Part shown: one piece after another, positions 12,473 through 24,718 of the stretch | Layout: the number at the start of each line of letters is the position of its first letter | Position numbering within the stretch: position 1 is the stretch's first letter | Assembly: GCA_001179505.1 (NCBI GenBank) | Contig: CDMY01000252.1 | Location: forward strand, 84,044-148,043 | Reading direction: 5' to 3' | DNA length: 64,000 bases | DNA from: Vitrella brassicaformis CCMP3155 | Lineage: Eukaryota > Protista > Chromerida | The notes under the pieces: model-generated | What the model saw: the letters and a program-made list of their open reading frames with translations, nothing else | Told to the model about the DNA's origin: nothing | Databases searched by the model: none | Translations under genes and position numbers: made by a program

Positions 12473-12603
12473 GTTGACAGATCTTCGGACGCAGCTCAAG
12501 ATGGCTAATCAGGACGAACCAGAACTGAGAAGACGATAAGACGAGAATGCCGAGAGACAGAGGCAAATCGGACGACAAGACGCGCATCGCGAGCTCAAAT
12601 CAC

Positions 12604-12612
12604 AAGCTCGCA
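12604..12612 (-). promoter_or_regulatory. TGCGAGCTT motif upstream of HSP20
   Basis: Exact 9-mer about 132 bp upstream of ATG 12472. Confidence 0.55.
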
Positions 12613-13202
12613 CCTTCCGAATCTGTGCGGCCTCCCACCTCCCCCCCAGAAAGCACCTGGCATCGCGCACACGACTCTGCGGCCTGTGTGTCGCTCGTCG
12701 TGGAAATGGGCCATCTCCCTCCCTGGGAGCCTCCCGACAGATGACTACGGCGGCATGCGGCACCTGAGTGCGTCCTCGGCCTCTCGGCAAGGCGCCCGAT
12801 ACGAGCAGGTGCGGGCTGAGTAGGGAGTTGTGCGCCTCGGCGGCCACTCTGGCTGTCGAGAGAGGAAGGGGAGCCTTGTCCCTTGTGGCTGCGGTCTCTC
12901 ATTGCTCGGCATGATGCTGCCGGCGACCGGCAAGGTGTCTTCAGCTTGCTATTGCTCGTGTATAGCCCATTCTGCTGCTTGCGAGGACTACTGAGGGGTG
13001 GGTCAAGATTGACTGTGCGCATCCTCGAGTCAAGTCACCATTGCGCGACAAGACAAGACAGCCGAGTTCTGTTGTGGCGGCTTCCTTCCTGTGCTGTTGG
13101 CTGTTGGCGATATGTCTATCTGCTTGGTCAAGAGGAGATTGTCCAAGAGCATGGCTGGCACCGATGCAGCACCGGCAGCTGTAACCCCCGTCCTCCCCCC
13201 CC

Positions 13203-16200
13203 ATGTCGCCCTCTCGTGACGTCACAATCGCTTCGTGTCGTCCCGACGGCCATCCCCNNNNNNNNNNNNNNNNNNNNNNNNNNNNNNNNNNNNNNNNNNN
13301 NNNNNNNNNNNNNNNNNNNNNNNNNNNNNNNNNNNNNNNNNNNNNNNNNNNNNNNNNNNNNNNNNNNNNNNNNNNNNNNNNNNNNNNNNNNNNNNNNNNN
13401 NNNNNNNNNNNNNNNNNNNNNNNNNNNNNNNNNNNNNNNNNNNNNNNNNNNNNNNNNNNNNNNNNNNNNNNNNNNNNNNNNNNNNNNNNNNNNNNNNNNN
13501 NNNNNNNNNNNNNNNNNNNNNNNNNNNNNNNNNNNNNNNNNNNNNNNNNNNNNNNNNCCCGAGACCCCCCGTCGCCCAACCACTGCCACACGCCGGCCAC
13601 GCAGTCGTCGTCGCCTGAGACGCGCTTCGCCGAGGCACGGCGGCTGGAGGGCAAGATTGAGGAGCACCCGGCGTCCCCCACCGTCCCCGCGACGAAGAGC
13701 CCCCCTGACCCAGAGAGCAACCCCCAGACCCACACGACCCATGATGACCACCACTCGGCCAACGGCGCGCTGAGCACCAGCACCAGCGCGACGCACGAGG
13801 AGGAGGCGGGTCCGCCGTTGTCGACTCGGCAGGGCGGGGGCGGCATGACGGCCTGGCGGGTGATGCTGCCCTTCCTGGAGAACTACGTGGACGTCTTTTC
13901 CATGCTGGCGCTGAGGCAGCTGGCATTCCTATTCCTGGCGCACAAATGGAACCCAGTAGCACTCGATTTCTCCGGTAGGGAGCTATGTCGGTCGAAGCGT
14001 AGGCATCTCTGTGTGTCATGGTGTCACGATGTCTGTCTGTCAGGTTTGCGAGGCATCGATAGTCGCGTGGTCGTCGAGTCGATTCTGGCGCTGCTGCAAC
14101 GGTGCCTGCACCCGGCGGCCCAGCGAGAGTGCGCCTACGACTTCGGTCAGTGCACCCTGCTCAAGGACAGCTCGCTCGTCCGGATCGTCGAGAAGGTCGG
14201 GCCCTCAATCCGATCGCTCTCCTTCGACTTCTGCTACCTCATCACCGACAAAGGCAAGTCGAGTCGGCCCATTCAACGCAGAGATGCATTTGTGTGTCTG
14301 TGTGTGGTGGTGGTGGTGGTGCAGGGCTGGAGGCCTTGTTGAGCACGCCGTTGCCCCGTCTGGAGCGTCTGTCGCTGCGTTGTGCCCGCAACAAGGAGCT
14401 GATAGGCGAGCCGATCCTGCGTGAGCTGTCGGCTGAGCGGTGGCCGCGATTCCACCAGTTCAACTGCGCCTTCACGAGCATGTGGCTGGAGCACATCGAG
14501 AACGTGGCCGAGTTCCTCGCTGACAGGGCTGAGAGGCTGAAGAAGGCACCCAAGCTCGATATCAACGGCAGCTGGTGAGTCACTCAGTGAGTGAGCTGTG
14601 GGCATGTGTGATGTGTGATGTGGTGTGTGTTGTGTTTTGTCAGGGCGTCCAAGTGTTTGTTGGAGAAGATAGGATTGCACGACCCCGTCAAGCGGTTCGG
14701 CCAGGCCGTGCACCTGCGCGTCGCCGACGTCTGCGAAAAGATCGCCAAGAAGATGAAACACATGGTCAGTCAGCCCACACCACACCGACACCAGCACCCC
14801 CTCTCTGTCTCTGTCTCTGTGTGTGTGTGTGCTGTCGATCTGTCTGTCAGGTGGTAGAGACAGCCGAGAAGGCCCCGCACGCCCAGTACCGTCTGCTGCA
14901 GATCGTCAAGTACCAGGGGGACCAGCTGCTGGTGAATTCGCCCTGCACGCACCACGTCAAGGCGGCTAAGGCGGCGGTGGAGCACCCCAAGCCCACCCAC
15001 ACCTACGCCAGCGGCAGCCTGAAGGAGCCCAGCGCGGCGCCCGCCGAGGATGTGTACCTCTGGACGCACCCCCTGTCTGTCGCTATCGAGGGCATGGACA
15101 TCAACACGCTCGCCGTGGTGAGTGAGCTCGGGAAGGGAGAGAGGGAGGGGTGAATGGGATGGCATGATGGGATGATGGGTGGACTGTGTGTATTGTCTGT
15201 GATGGTGATGATGTGTAGTTGTTGCGGCACGGAGCGAAGGTCGATGTGTGGGATTACCTCGGCAACTCACCGTTGTTTCTCGCCTGCAAGACGGACCAGG
15301 TAGGTATATATGGGGCCATTTTGGTCCACACACACACTCCACACGGCACGGGCGGCGCGGGGGCCTCACACTCACTCATGTGCCTCATGTGCCTGTGTGT
15401 GGTTCATTCAGGAGGATGTGGTCCACACGTTGATTGAGCACGGCGCGTGTGTCCACCCCTACGACCTTCTCGGCCCCACGCCCCTCAAGATCGCCGTACA
15501 CAACCAGAATATCGACATCCTTCACGTAAATCTGCCACCCCTTCCCCTCTCACCACCACCAGACAGGCACTGTGCTTCTGCTCGTGTGTGTGTGTGTGTG
15601 TGTGTAGATGTTGCTGGACCATGGAGCGAATCTCAACTTCGTGGCGCCAGCGTTGAAGCCTCGAGGATTCAAGTCGCCACTCTTCGTAGCGTGCGAGAGC
15701 AACGCACCCGAGATCATCCAGCTGCTCCTCGACAAGGGGGCCAACCCCAATTGGGTCGACCATTCCAAATACTCACCCACGCTGGTAGGGAGAGAGAGAG
15801 AGAGAGAGAGAGAGAGGGGGNNNNNNNNNNNNNNNNNNNNNNNNNNNNNNNNNNNNNNNNNNNNNNNNNNNNNNNNNNNNNNNNNNNNNNNNNNNNNNNN
15901 NNNNNNNNNNNNNNNNNNNNNNNNNNNNNNNNNNNNNNNNNNNNNNNNNNNNNNNNNNNNNNNNNNNNNNNNNNNNNNNNNNNNNNNNNNNNNNNNNNNN
16001 NNNNNNNNNNNNNNNNNNNNNNNNNNNNNNNNNNNNNNNNNNNNNNNNNNNNNNNNNNNNNNNNNNNNNNNNNNNNNNNNNNNNNNNNNNNNNNNNNNNN
16101 NNNNNNNNNNNNNNNNNNNNTGTGTGCAGCTGGCGTATCAGTTGTCGTCGAGTTGGCTGCCTAAGTTTTTGGACGCGGGGGCGGGGGCGTCGCCGCGGAA

Positions 16201-17556
16201 GCGGTACATCCTCACCGACGTCTTGACGTGCGGCATCCTCAAGGCCGACATGGGCTGTGTCAAGCTGCTCACCTCCAAGTACCCAGACCTGCTCGACCTG
16301 CCCCACCACATGTGGAGCCTCCCACACATCCAAGTAGACACACCCACACCGCCGCATACTGTGCACACAACACACCCCACCTACACACCTCTGCGTGTGC
16401 TGTGTGTCACGATGATATGATCATCAGGCGGCCAAGCTGGGTAAGGTGGACATCCTGCGATATCTCCTGCAGCAGGGCTCCCGCACCAACAGCAAGGGCC
16501 TCGACGGTGCTGCGGCGCTGCACGTGGCGACTGAGGAGGGCTTCATGGACTGCGTGATGGCCCTGCTCAACGCCCACGAGGAGCTGACCACCACCCCCGA
16601 CGGCAAGGCGGTGGCCAAGGCCGACGTCAACATTCAGGATGCGTCAGGGAGGACCCCGCTACTCATCGCATGCCTCGAAAACCGGTATGTGTGTGTGCAG
16701 ACAGGGAGGAAGGCATGCAGAGTGATGGCACGAACTCTGTGTGTGTGTGTGTGTGTGGTTGGTTCAGCCACAGTGTGGCTGAGGTGTTGCTGCGCCGCGG
16801 TGCCGACGTGAACCGTGAGAGCTACGCGACGGGCGAGACGCCGCTGATGGCCTGCATCCGCACTCGCAACGAGCTCATGGCTCTCCTGCTGCTCAAATTC
16901 GGCGTCGACCTCAATTTTGACCAACAGGTGGGGAAAGAAAGTGCACAACAACACAACACCCCTGGATGGACACATAGAAAGGGTTTGTGTTGTGTGTGTG
17001 TGTGGCTTCCTGCATCGCGTCGACCAGGACAAGCGGGGTCGCACGGCGTTGATCTACGCGATTTACTTCGGCCAGTACCTGATAGCTGACAAGCTGCTGG
17101 CGAGGGGGGCAGACGTCACCGCACAAGACGAGACGGGCACCACGCCATACAACGTCATGCTCAACAGGTGCGCACACGCACACACACCCTCATCCACACA
17201 CACGTGTGTGTGGTCACTCACGGTTGTTGATGTGTTTGCGCAGGGTGCGCTCGAACGGTCAGCAGGCCAAGCTGTGCAAGAAGGTCGTGAAGGCTTACCG
17301 CACCGCCACGTCTGCTGCCCACCACCACCACCACCCCAACAAACCCCCCAGCCCTCCCCAGTCCCAGCAGTACCCACCACCACCAGCCTCACCAGGAGCA
17401 TCAGCAGCAGCAGCAGCGGCGGCAGCAGGAGCAGACGGGGAGAATGACGATGACGGCGTGGGCGTAGCGGGCGGCGGTGGGCTGCGGCCGCCCCGAAATG
17501 GGCTGCACCGGCGATCGATGCCTGCATGCTTCTGCGGGGTGGTGGGGGGGCGGTGA
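13203..17556 (+). CDS. LRR (F-box/LRR-like) plus multiple ankyrin-repeat protein; interrupted by two assembly gaps
   Basis: LRR-like IRSLSFDFCYLITDKGLEALL…LERLSLRC. Ankyrin repeats GNSPLFLAC, GPTPLKIAV, KSPLFVAC, GAAALHVA, GRTPLLIAC, GETPLMAC, GRTALIYA. Start uncertain (13151 or 13203). Confidence 0.75.
13258..13557. other. Assembly gap (300 N) inside LRR-ankyrin 5' exon
   Basis: Run of N. Confidence 1.
15821..16120. other. Assembly gap (300 N) inside a (GA)n intron
   Basis: Run of N flanked by GA and GT repeats. Confidence 1.
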
Positions 17557-17559
17557 GGT

Positions 17560-20500
17560 GACAGAGACTCACATGGGCTGACTGTGGCTGAGCTGACTAA
17601 GAGGTGCACCGACTGGGGTGTGGAGATGGATCAATGAATGGATGGAAGGGGTGGCAGCCGACGGACAGACGGCAAATGGCGCGTGTGGTGGCGGGCTGGC
17701 TGGCTGGCTGGCTGGCTGAGAGAGTGAGCTGGTTGTTCGAACGAGGCTGCGAGATTTGTGGGTGGGAGGGATGTGGGGAATACAGCGTGTGTGCGCAGCA
17801 AGTGACGTGCCTTGCCTTGCCTTGCCATGGCCTGTCTGCCTGCGTGGCTGCCTGTGTGGCTGCCTCTGGGTGTGTGTGTATTCTCTACGGCACTCATCCA
17901 CTGCCTCCCTGTGCACTGTGCAGAGTCTGTTGGTTTGGTCGGCTGTGTGCCTGGCATGGCATGGCGTCCACACAGACAGACAGAGAGACATACATTGCGT
18001 ACGGACATTTTTTCAATGAATGAAAGCTGCCTGTCTGCTTGCCTACTGCTGCTGTGCTGACATGACTCGATCCATCGATCGACTGATTGGTGTGGTGTGT
18101 TGTGTGACTGAATGAGATGAGTGATGATATATGGGTCCCTAAAGGCCGACCGATGATGATGTGAGGAGGAGAATCACATATGTTACTTACTGGCGGTGTT
18201 TGGACACGCACAAGCCAGACAGAGAGGGAGGGAGGGAGGGAGGTGACCTGTTGGTTCGTTGGTTGGTTGGGTGGGTGGGTGGGTGTGCGCATGCGTATTG
18301 GCCCGTTTTCTGATTTTATACCGATGCCGTCCGTATGCGCAAGTACCTGCCGACACACACCCATACACGCATACATACATACATGAGGGAGAGAGACCGA
18401 AGCTAAGCTCCTTTCCATCCTACCTACCTACTTGCATCGTTTTTGCAACCGTCCGTGTAAGTGTGGGTGGATGGATGTGTGCGTGGAGCATACTTACACA
18501 CACACACATATATACACACACACAAAGAGGGTCCGATCCTTTTATATGCAGCACTTGTTTGTTTGTGTGTGCGCGCGTGTGCGTGTGTGTGTATGTGTGT
18601 GTGTTGGGATACTTGTAGAGGGAGGGAGGGAGGGGCGGGGCTGGTCGATAGATCGACTGAGGTAGGGCTTCCTTTTGATCCACCCACCCACCCACACACA
18701 CACACCCCCCTCACAAGCACCAGACACACACACACACAACCGACCAAGGCACTGATTTACCGGCAGCCACACACACCACCCACACCCACACGCACTACAC
18801 ACGTGCTGTCTGTTGGTTGGTAAGCATGGCGTGTAAGCAAGAAGGAAGCGATGCAATTCGGCGGGCGGCCGGCCATGCGGCCTGTCCTATCCCCCGAGTG
18901 TCTGTCGAGTGTTGCGTTGTGTGTTGTATAGCTATCCATCCATCCATCCGTTGATTGATTGCTGTGTGTGTCTGTGTGCGTGTGTGTGGGGCACGTGACC
19001 ATGGCCAATCGTACGTAAGGCACATCTACACATCCATCGATCCACTCACTCACTCAGTCATGCAGCGCAGCAAGTCAAGGCAAGATTACCACGCATTTCA
19101 TGATCCATTTGGGAATTCAACAGACAGACAGACAGACAGACAGACAGAGGCGCGCGGGGCACCTTATAAGGCCTGCAGACAGACAGACAGACAGACAGGC
19201 AAAAGGACGGGTGGCTGAATGGATGGGGATTGGTAGAGAGGGGGACGGGGGCACCGTTCCGTTCAGCCAGCCAGCCATATCAGTGACGATTGCACCACAC
19301 ACACACACACACACACACATGCATGTGATGGTTGGTTGGAGATATTTTTGTCGGCTGACTGACATGGATTGCGATGGATGCGTCCGCCCCGTGTTGAGTT
19401 GCCCTCCTGGCTGCCGTGTGTGGTGTGGCTTCACTTGCTTTGCTATGCTGCCCTGTGTGCACGTGTGGATTGGATTGTTTGTCGTGTGGCGAGTGTGTGT
19501 GCGTGTCCGTGTGGGTGTGTGTGGGGGTGTGTGTGTGGATGGCTGGGATGGCTGAATGACATCCGCTTCGCTCGCCCGCCCGTCCGTGGTTCACTTTCAA
19601 GGCCCTTAGCAAGCCCCCCCTCCCCCACACCCTCCCCCTCTTCCCCGCTATCGCAAGAGTGTGAGAATGAACACACACACACACACACATGTTGTGGGTA
19701 CTTGATTGATGACGCACGCAGCCCTGTTGTGTCTCTCGCCTTGCACGTCACCATCCTCAAGGGCATCAGAGAGGGTCCTCTCCCAACAGGAGGTCTCCTG
19801 TGATGCCGCCGAGGTTGGTAACGTCCAGGGAAAGAGTCTGTGACAGGGCGCGACTCGATTGTTCGTCCAGTCCAGATGCACTCGCTCTCTTCCTCTCTCA
19901 CACCATGCCATGCATGCCATGATGCACGCCATCTTATCTCCACCCACACCACACCCCCATTCGATTCGCCCAAGTGCCTGCCTGCCTGCCTGCCTGTCCT
20001 TGGGGTCATTTGTCATGACGATGTTGAATGGAATGGAATGGAATGGATTGATATATGTAATGTGATCGATCTGATGGATGTACGTGGCGACCGACTTCGT
20101 TGCCTTACTTGCCTTGCCTGATGCCTCCCTGCCCTCTCCTCTCTGGCCCGTCTGCCTGCCCTGCCCTGTTGTTCCAATCTAACGCTGCCTGCCAACCTGC
20201 CAACCTGCTAACCTGCCCTGCCTACCTACCGGCCTGTCTGTCTGCCTCAGAGCTGGCCTTGCATGCTCAACCAACCCCGTTTCATTCACACCGACCGTCT
20301 GGCTGATTTCAACGACCATGCCATCCATCCATCCACACACTCATACCTGTAGAGGCACCCCCACCCCCACACACAGAGCCACGTTTTGACTGACTGACTG
20401 ACTCACTGAGTGATTGATTGATTGATTGCCTTTTATATGTCCGACTGACTGGCCGACTTCATCCATCCGTGTGTGAGTGTGTGTGTGTGTGTGTGTTGTG

Positions 20501-20900
20501 CAGCTGTGATTGATTGCTTGGTCTGCAACCAGGGAGTGCCGTCAGTGTCATGCATGCCACGCCGTGATCGTGAGTGAGGAGACTGCGCCGCCGGCCTGCC
20601 TGCCTGCCTGTCTGTCTGGCTGTCTGTCTGGATGTGTGTGTGAGCTACTAAGGCATTGGTGTCATGCACGGCTGCAGCTAGAGACGGACAAACAAACGTA
20701 TTTAAAGTCACCCCATGCACGGCACCATTCGGGAAACAGCCCAGCCAGCCAGAAGGCGTTAGTTAATTCCATTGACTGACAAGAAGGTCCTCTACATCAT
20801 TGCACGTGTGCGTCTTCCTGCGCTGCCGATAGAAGAGAGAGATATGTACAGCTGGGGATAAAGGTGCAAGCAGCGGTGTGCCATTCATTTCGTCTGGCTG
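17560..20900. repeat. Microsatellite-dense convergent intergenic tract
   Basis: Mosaic of (CA)n, (GT)n, (CAGA)n, (TGGC)n, (GGAT)n, (CCTG)n and (GGAAT)n. No credible exon chain. Confidence 0.85.
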
Positions 20901-20921
20901 GCATCGACTTGACTCGACTCG

Positions 20922-22568
20922 TCAGGCCAAGAAAATCACAAAGAACACCACAAAGAAGACCAGGATCAAGAAGATCTGCACGACGCACCCACACGAGAAG
21001 CTAGCTGTAGAGAGTGTGTGCAAGTGACACGTAGGTGCGCTCCGACGTGTGTACCTTGAGGATGAGCCCCCGGTTAGAGGATATCCTGTGGAAGTAGTCG
21101 AGTAGCGCCGTCTGACCCGCACGCACATTCGCCAAGGTCGTGTCCACGTCATCGTCAATCCTGCATCCAACCCAATCAACCGACCAGCCGTCCACCACCA
21201 CCAATCCAACGCACACACACACACACACACACCACCAGCTCTGTCAGGACTGCCCCGCCCGTCCTTGTCTCTCACCTTCTTATCATCTCGTCCTGCTCCT
21301 GCACGAGCCCGGCGACGCGTTGGAATATCTGGGCCAACTCACCTATCACCTTCTGCACGTTCTCCACTGCCTGACCGACAGAGACGACACACACATTAAC
21401 ATCAACACGCACGATGAAATGAATGTCAAACAGTCATGTAAAAGGGAAAGGTTATGCGGTGCTCCGGCCGATTGATTACCTCTGCCCTTGATGTGTGGTA
21501 CGTGGTGCCCCGGTCCAAGAGCTGGGTCTGCTGGCCGCTGGTTTGAGAGAAACCAACCAAGGCACACACGCCATCGAGGGAAGGAAGGAGTAAGTGTTTG
21601 TCATGGCTCCCCCCCCTTACAGCCGCCGTCTGTGGGAGTGGCTGTTGCGTACCCTTCCATGTCGATGTTGGCGGCGGCTTCAGGCGACGTGTGCTGGAAG
21701 GGGTAGGCACTCGACGCTGACGAACCTGCAGGCAGGCAGGCAGGCAACGGTGCGTTGAAGACAGTGACACGTGTGTGTCAGGGTGCTCACTAGCCATGGT
21801 GTCGCCATACATCTTCCGCCTGTTGTCCTGCTTCTTCATTATCTGCAGCCAGCACAGCCCAGCACAGCACAGCACGGAACCCGACACGCACATCAACACC
21901 CATCCATGGGATGCCCAATGCACCCACTCCCACTCCTTTGACGTGCCTCGGTTCTGAGCTGCAGGATGTCCTTGAAGTCCTTGGTGAGCTCAAGCAGCCT
22001 GGTCTTGAGCGCCTCGACGATGCTGGTGGCGTGCTGCCGCTCGTGGCGGTTGTGGCTGAAGCCCTCCCGCGCTGCCCTGTCCAACGTCTCGATCTTGGTG
22101 TTCAGGCCCGTGATGGTCTGGGAGAGCCATGACAGTCCACACGCGCAGAGATAATGGTTGGTAGATGTGCGAGTCCAGCAGTGGCCAGCTGGCTGGCTGA
22201 GTCGTCTGACGCACCGACCTGTTTGATGTCGTATGTGAGCTCTTGTATCTGGGCTGTCTTGTCGTTGAAGATGCCTCGCTGCTTCGCCACTGACACCACA
22301 CACACACACACACACACACACAGAACAGAACCGAATTCGCCCTGTGTGAGCTGCCTGCCGTCTTTTGCCTCTCTGCTGCACACTCACATTTGGCGAGTTC
22401 CTGTAGCTTGAGAGATCCCGTGTGGATCTCCCTGCCGACTTCATCAGCCACGACGTTGAAATGGCTCTCCACGTGCCCCGGCTGCCGTGGCTTGGCCACA
22501 TGAGGGATGTGGGAGCTCAGCTGCTCCGTTATCTCGAAGAACTCGGCCGTGCGGTCCACACACGCCAT
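20922..22568 (-). CDS. STX5: Syntaxin-5/Sed5 (Qa-SNARE, cis-Golgi)
   Basis: N-terminal Sly1-binding DRTAEFF, LAKQRGIFNDKTAQIQELTYDIKQ, SNARE motif SRAEAVENVQKVIGELAQIFQRVAGLVQEQDEMIRRIDDDV, SSNRGLILKIF and a C-terminal TM helix. Confidence 0.93.
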
Positions 22569-22777
22569 GCTCCAACCAAAGGGCAACTCCAGCTTGGCGG
22601 TCAAGGAAGGACCAAAACGATGGAAGATCCTGAAACGACTGTCACTCGCTGCCGAACCACGCGACAAGATCACCAGATTTTTGATTGTGCCTCGGCGATC
22701 GCTTTTATTGTTTTGAGTACGCCCGAACTCCTCGAGAAGAAGCATCCTCGCCGTCCATTTCGCCGCAGATCTGATAG

Positions 22778-24412
22778 ATGGGCATTCCCGGGCTGCTGCC
22801 GTTTGTGCGCCGGCGCTTCCCCGCCGTGATATCGGGCGTGGCGACCCTCCGCCCCTTCGCACACCAGCGGCTCCTAGTCGATGGCACTGGCCTCCTCTAC
22901 CGATTTGCCTACGCCAGCCACGGGGATCTGGACAAATGCTCGCAGAAGTTCGCTACGCAGCTGTCCAAATTCAGAGAGCATCTGATTTCCCCATCGTATT
23001 TTTTCGAGAAGGAGAGCCGCCACGAGGGAGAAGGCGGCGGCAACCTGGACGTGCAGTGCAAGCGGGACCATGCGTGGCGGAAGCGGGAGAAGGACCGGCT
23101 GAGCGCGATGCTGCGTGCGGATGACGCCCAGCGGCAGGCGATGGCCATCATGGGAGAGGGGTCCTATGACAAGACCACGGAGGATACTGTCAAGGATGCG
23201 GTGGTGGACGACAAGAGAATACATCTCAAGAAGGGTAGGAGGGAGGGAGGGGCGCAATGGATTGGGTGTATTGATGGAGGGTGGTTGTGTGTGCAGATGA
23301 TGTGCAGAAGGTGGTAGATACGCTCGGCCAGGAGGGGTGCGATGTCAGATGGACGGACCTCGACGCTGAGAAGGTCGGTCTGCTCAGATACGTCCATCGC
23401 ACCCGAGATGCGCAATACAGGAGTGACTGCCCTTCCTGCAGGAGTGTGTGCGGCAGTGCCGCAGCGACTCGGATGTGGTCGTGTCGGATGACGTCGATGC
23501 ACTCGTATTCGGGTCAGCCACACACCCACACACGTACGCGCCAGTTGACGAATGATGCCTTCGTTGATCCGGTGTGCTCCTTGCAGTGCTCCTGCGGTGC
23601 TTCGTAACGTGCAGTCGCCCTTGGGGTTGATGTACATCAAGCGCGAGGAGCTGCTGGATGCCATGTGTGGGCGAGGGAGGGAGGGAGGGAGGGAGGGAGG
23701 AAAGGCCCATGTCCCATACATAGCCCGTATACAATGGTGTGTGCGTGCGCCAGGTTTTAGCATGGAGGAGTTCATAGACTTTTGCATCCTGTGCGGATGC
23801 GACTACACAGAGAAACTCCCAGGCATAGGTGCGGATGGCAGACGACAGGCAATGTGCCTGCCTGCAATGGGTGTCTCACCATGGCGTCGCCGCAGGTCCC
23901 GTGGCGGCTTACGAGATCATCCAAAAGCACCGATCCATCGAGGTGGCGCGTCCCCACCGCAACGCCCCGTCCATCCCTGTCTCCTTGCCTCCCTTGTGCA
24001 ATGCAGGCCTTCCTCGACTCGGATGACTTCCAGAAGCTCGCGAGCAAGAAGGTGGTGACCAAGGTGCTCCAAAAGGTCAGCTGCAATCGATAGCTACACA
24101 CACACCGCAGACAGAGATCGAAGCAATGAGCATGACTTGGTGTCCTGACCGACCTGGTCAGTCTGGCTGCTCGTCCCCGATAGAGTTCGTCGAGAAGTTT
24201 GTCGACTACAAGTAACCGCAATGCACACACACCACAGCCGACTCATCTCTGTCCCTCTCGGTGCCTGTCTCTCTTGTCTATGCGTTTGTTCGGTTGTGTC
24301 TCACTGATGCAGGGCGGCCCGGCAGGTGTTCATGTGGAACACCGACAGCTCGCCAGACAGCCATCCAGACCGGCCGACGGGCAGCGCCGCTGCCGTAGGG
24401 GCTGCAGCGTGA
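22778..24412 (+). CDS. XPG/Rad2/FEN1-family structure-specific nuclease (short, divergent)
   Basis: MGIPGL N-terminus, [49 protein letters not shown] (H3TH motif). About 8 exons. Confidence 0.85.
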
Positions 24413-24718
24413 CGGCTCGGCTGACTCTATTCGTGTGGACGTTCGTTCCATCAGTGTCGATAGATATCTCCTCTCAGTGGCGATCGATAGCATAGCAGCC
24501 GAGAAAGCGTCTGTCTGTTTATGATGGATGCACTGAGACAAATACACATCGATCGCCTGATTCACACCGCAAGAGCTGACACAACCAAACTACACACATG
24601 CCATGCAGACGCACACAGACGGACCTCCCACAAAGAATGAGACAGATGAGAGACAAGACACACACGCGCTTTGGCATGCACACTGCCCCGGAAACGGACA
24701 CGGACGCGGAAAAACCAA

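Noticed and set aside
17569-20306. Many short ORFs rich in HT/CV/LPA/TDRQ repeats
   Set aside because: These are translations of microsatellites, with no splice-consistent exon chain or protein-like composition.
24034-24042. AAGCTCGCG near-matches to the promoter motif inside CDS (also about 60690)
   Set aside because: These are Lys-Leu-Ala codons in coding exons and differ at the last base. They were not counted as motif hits.
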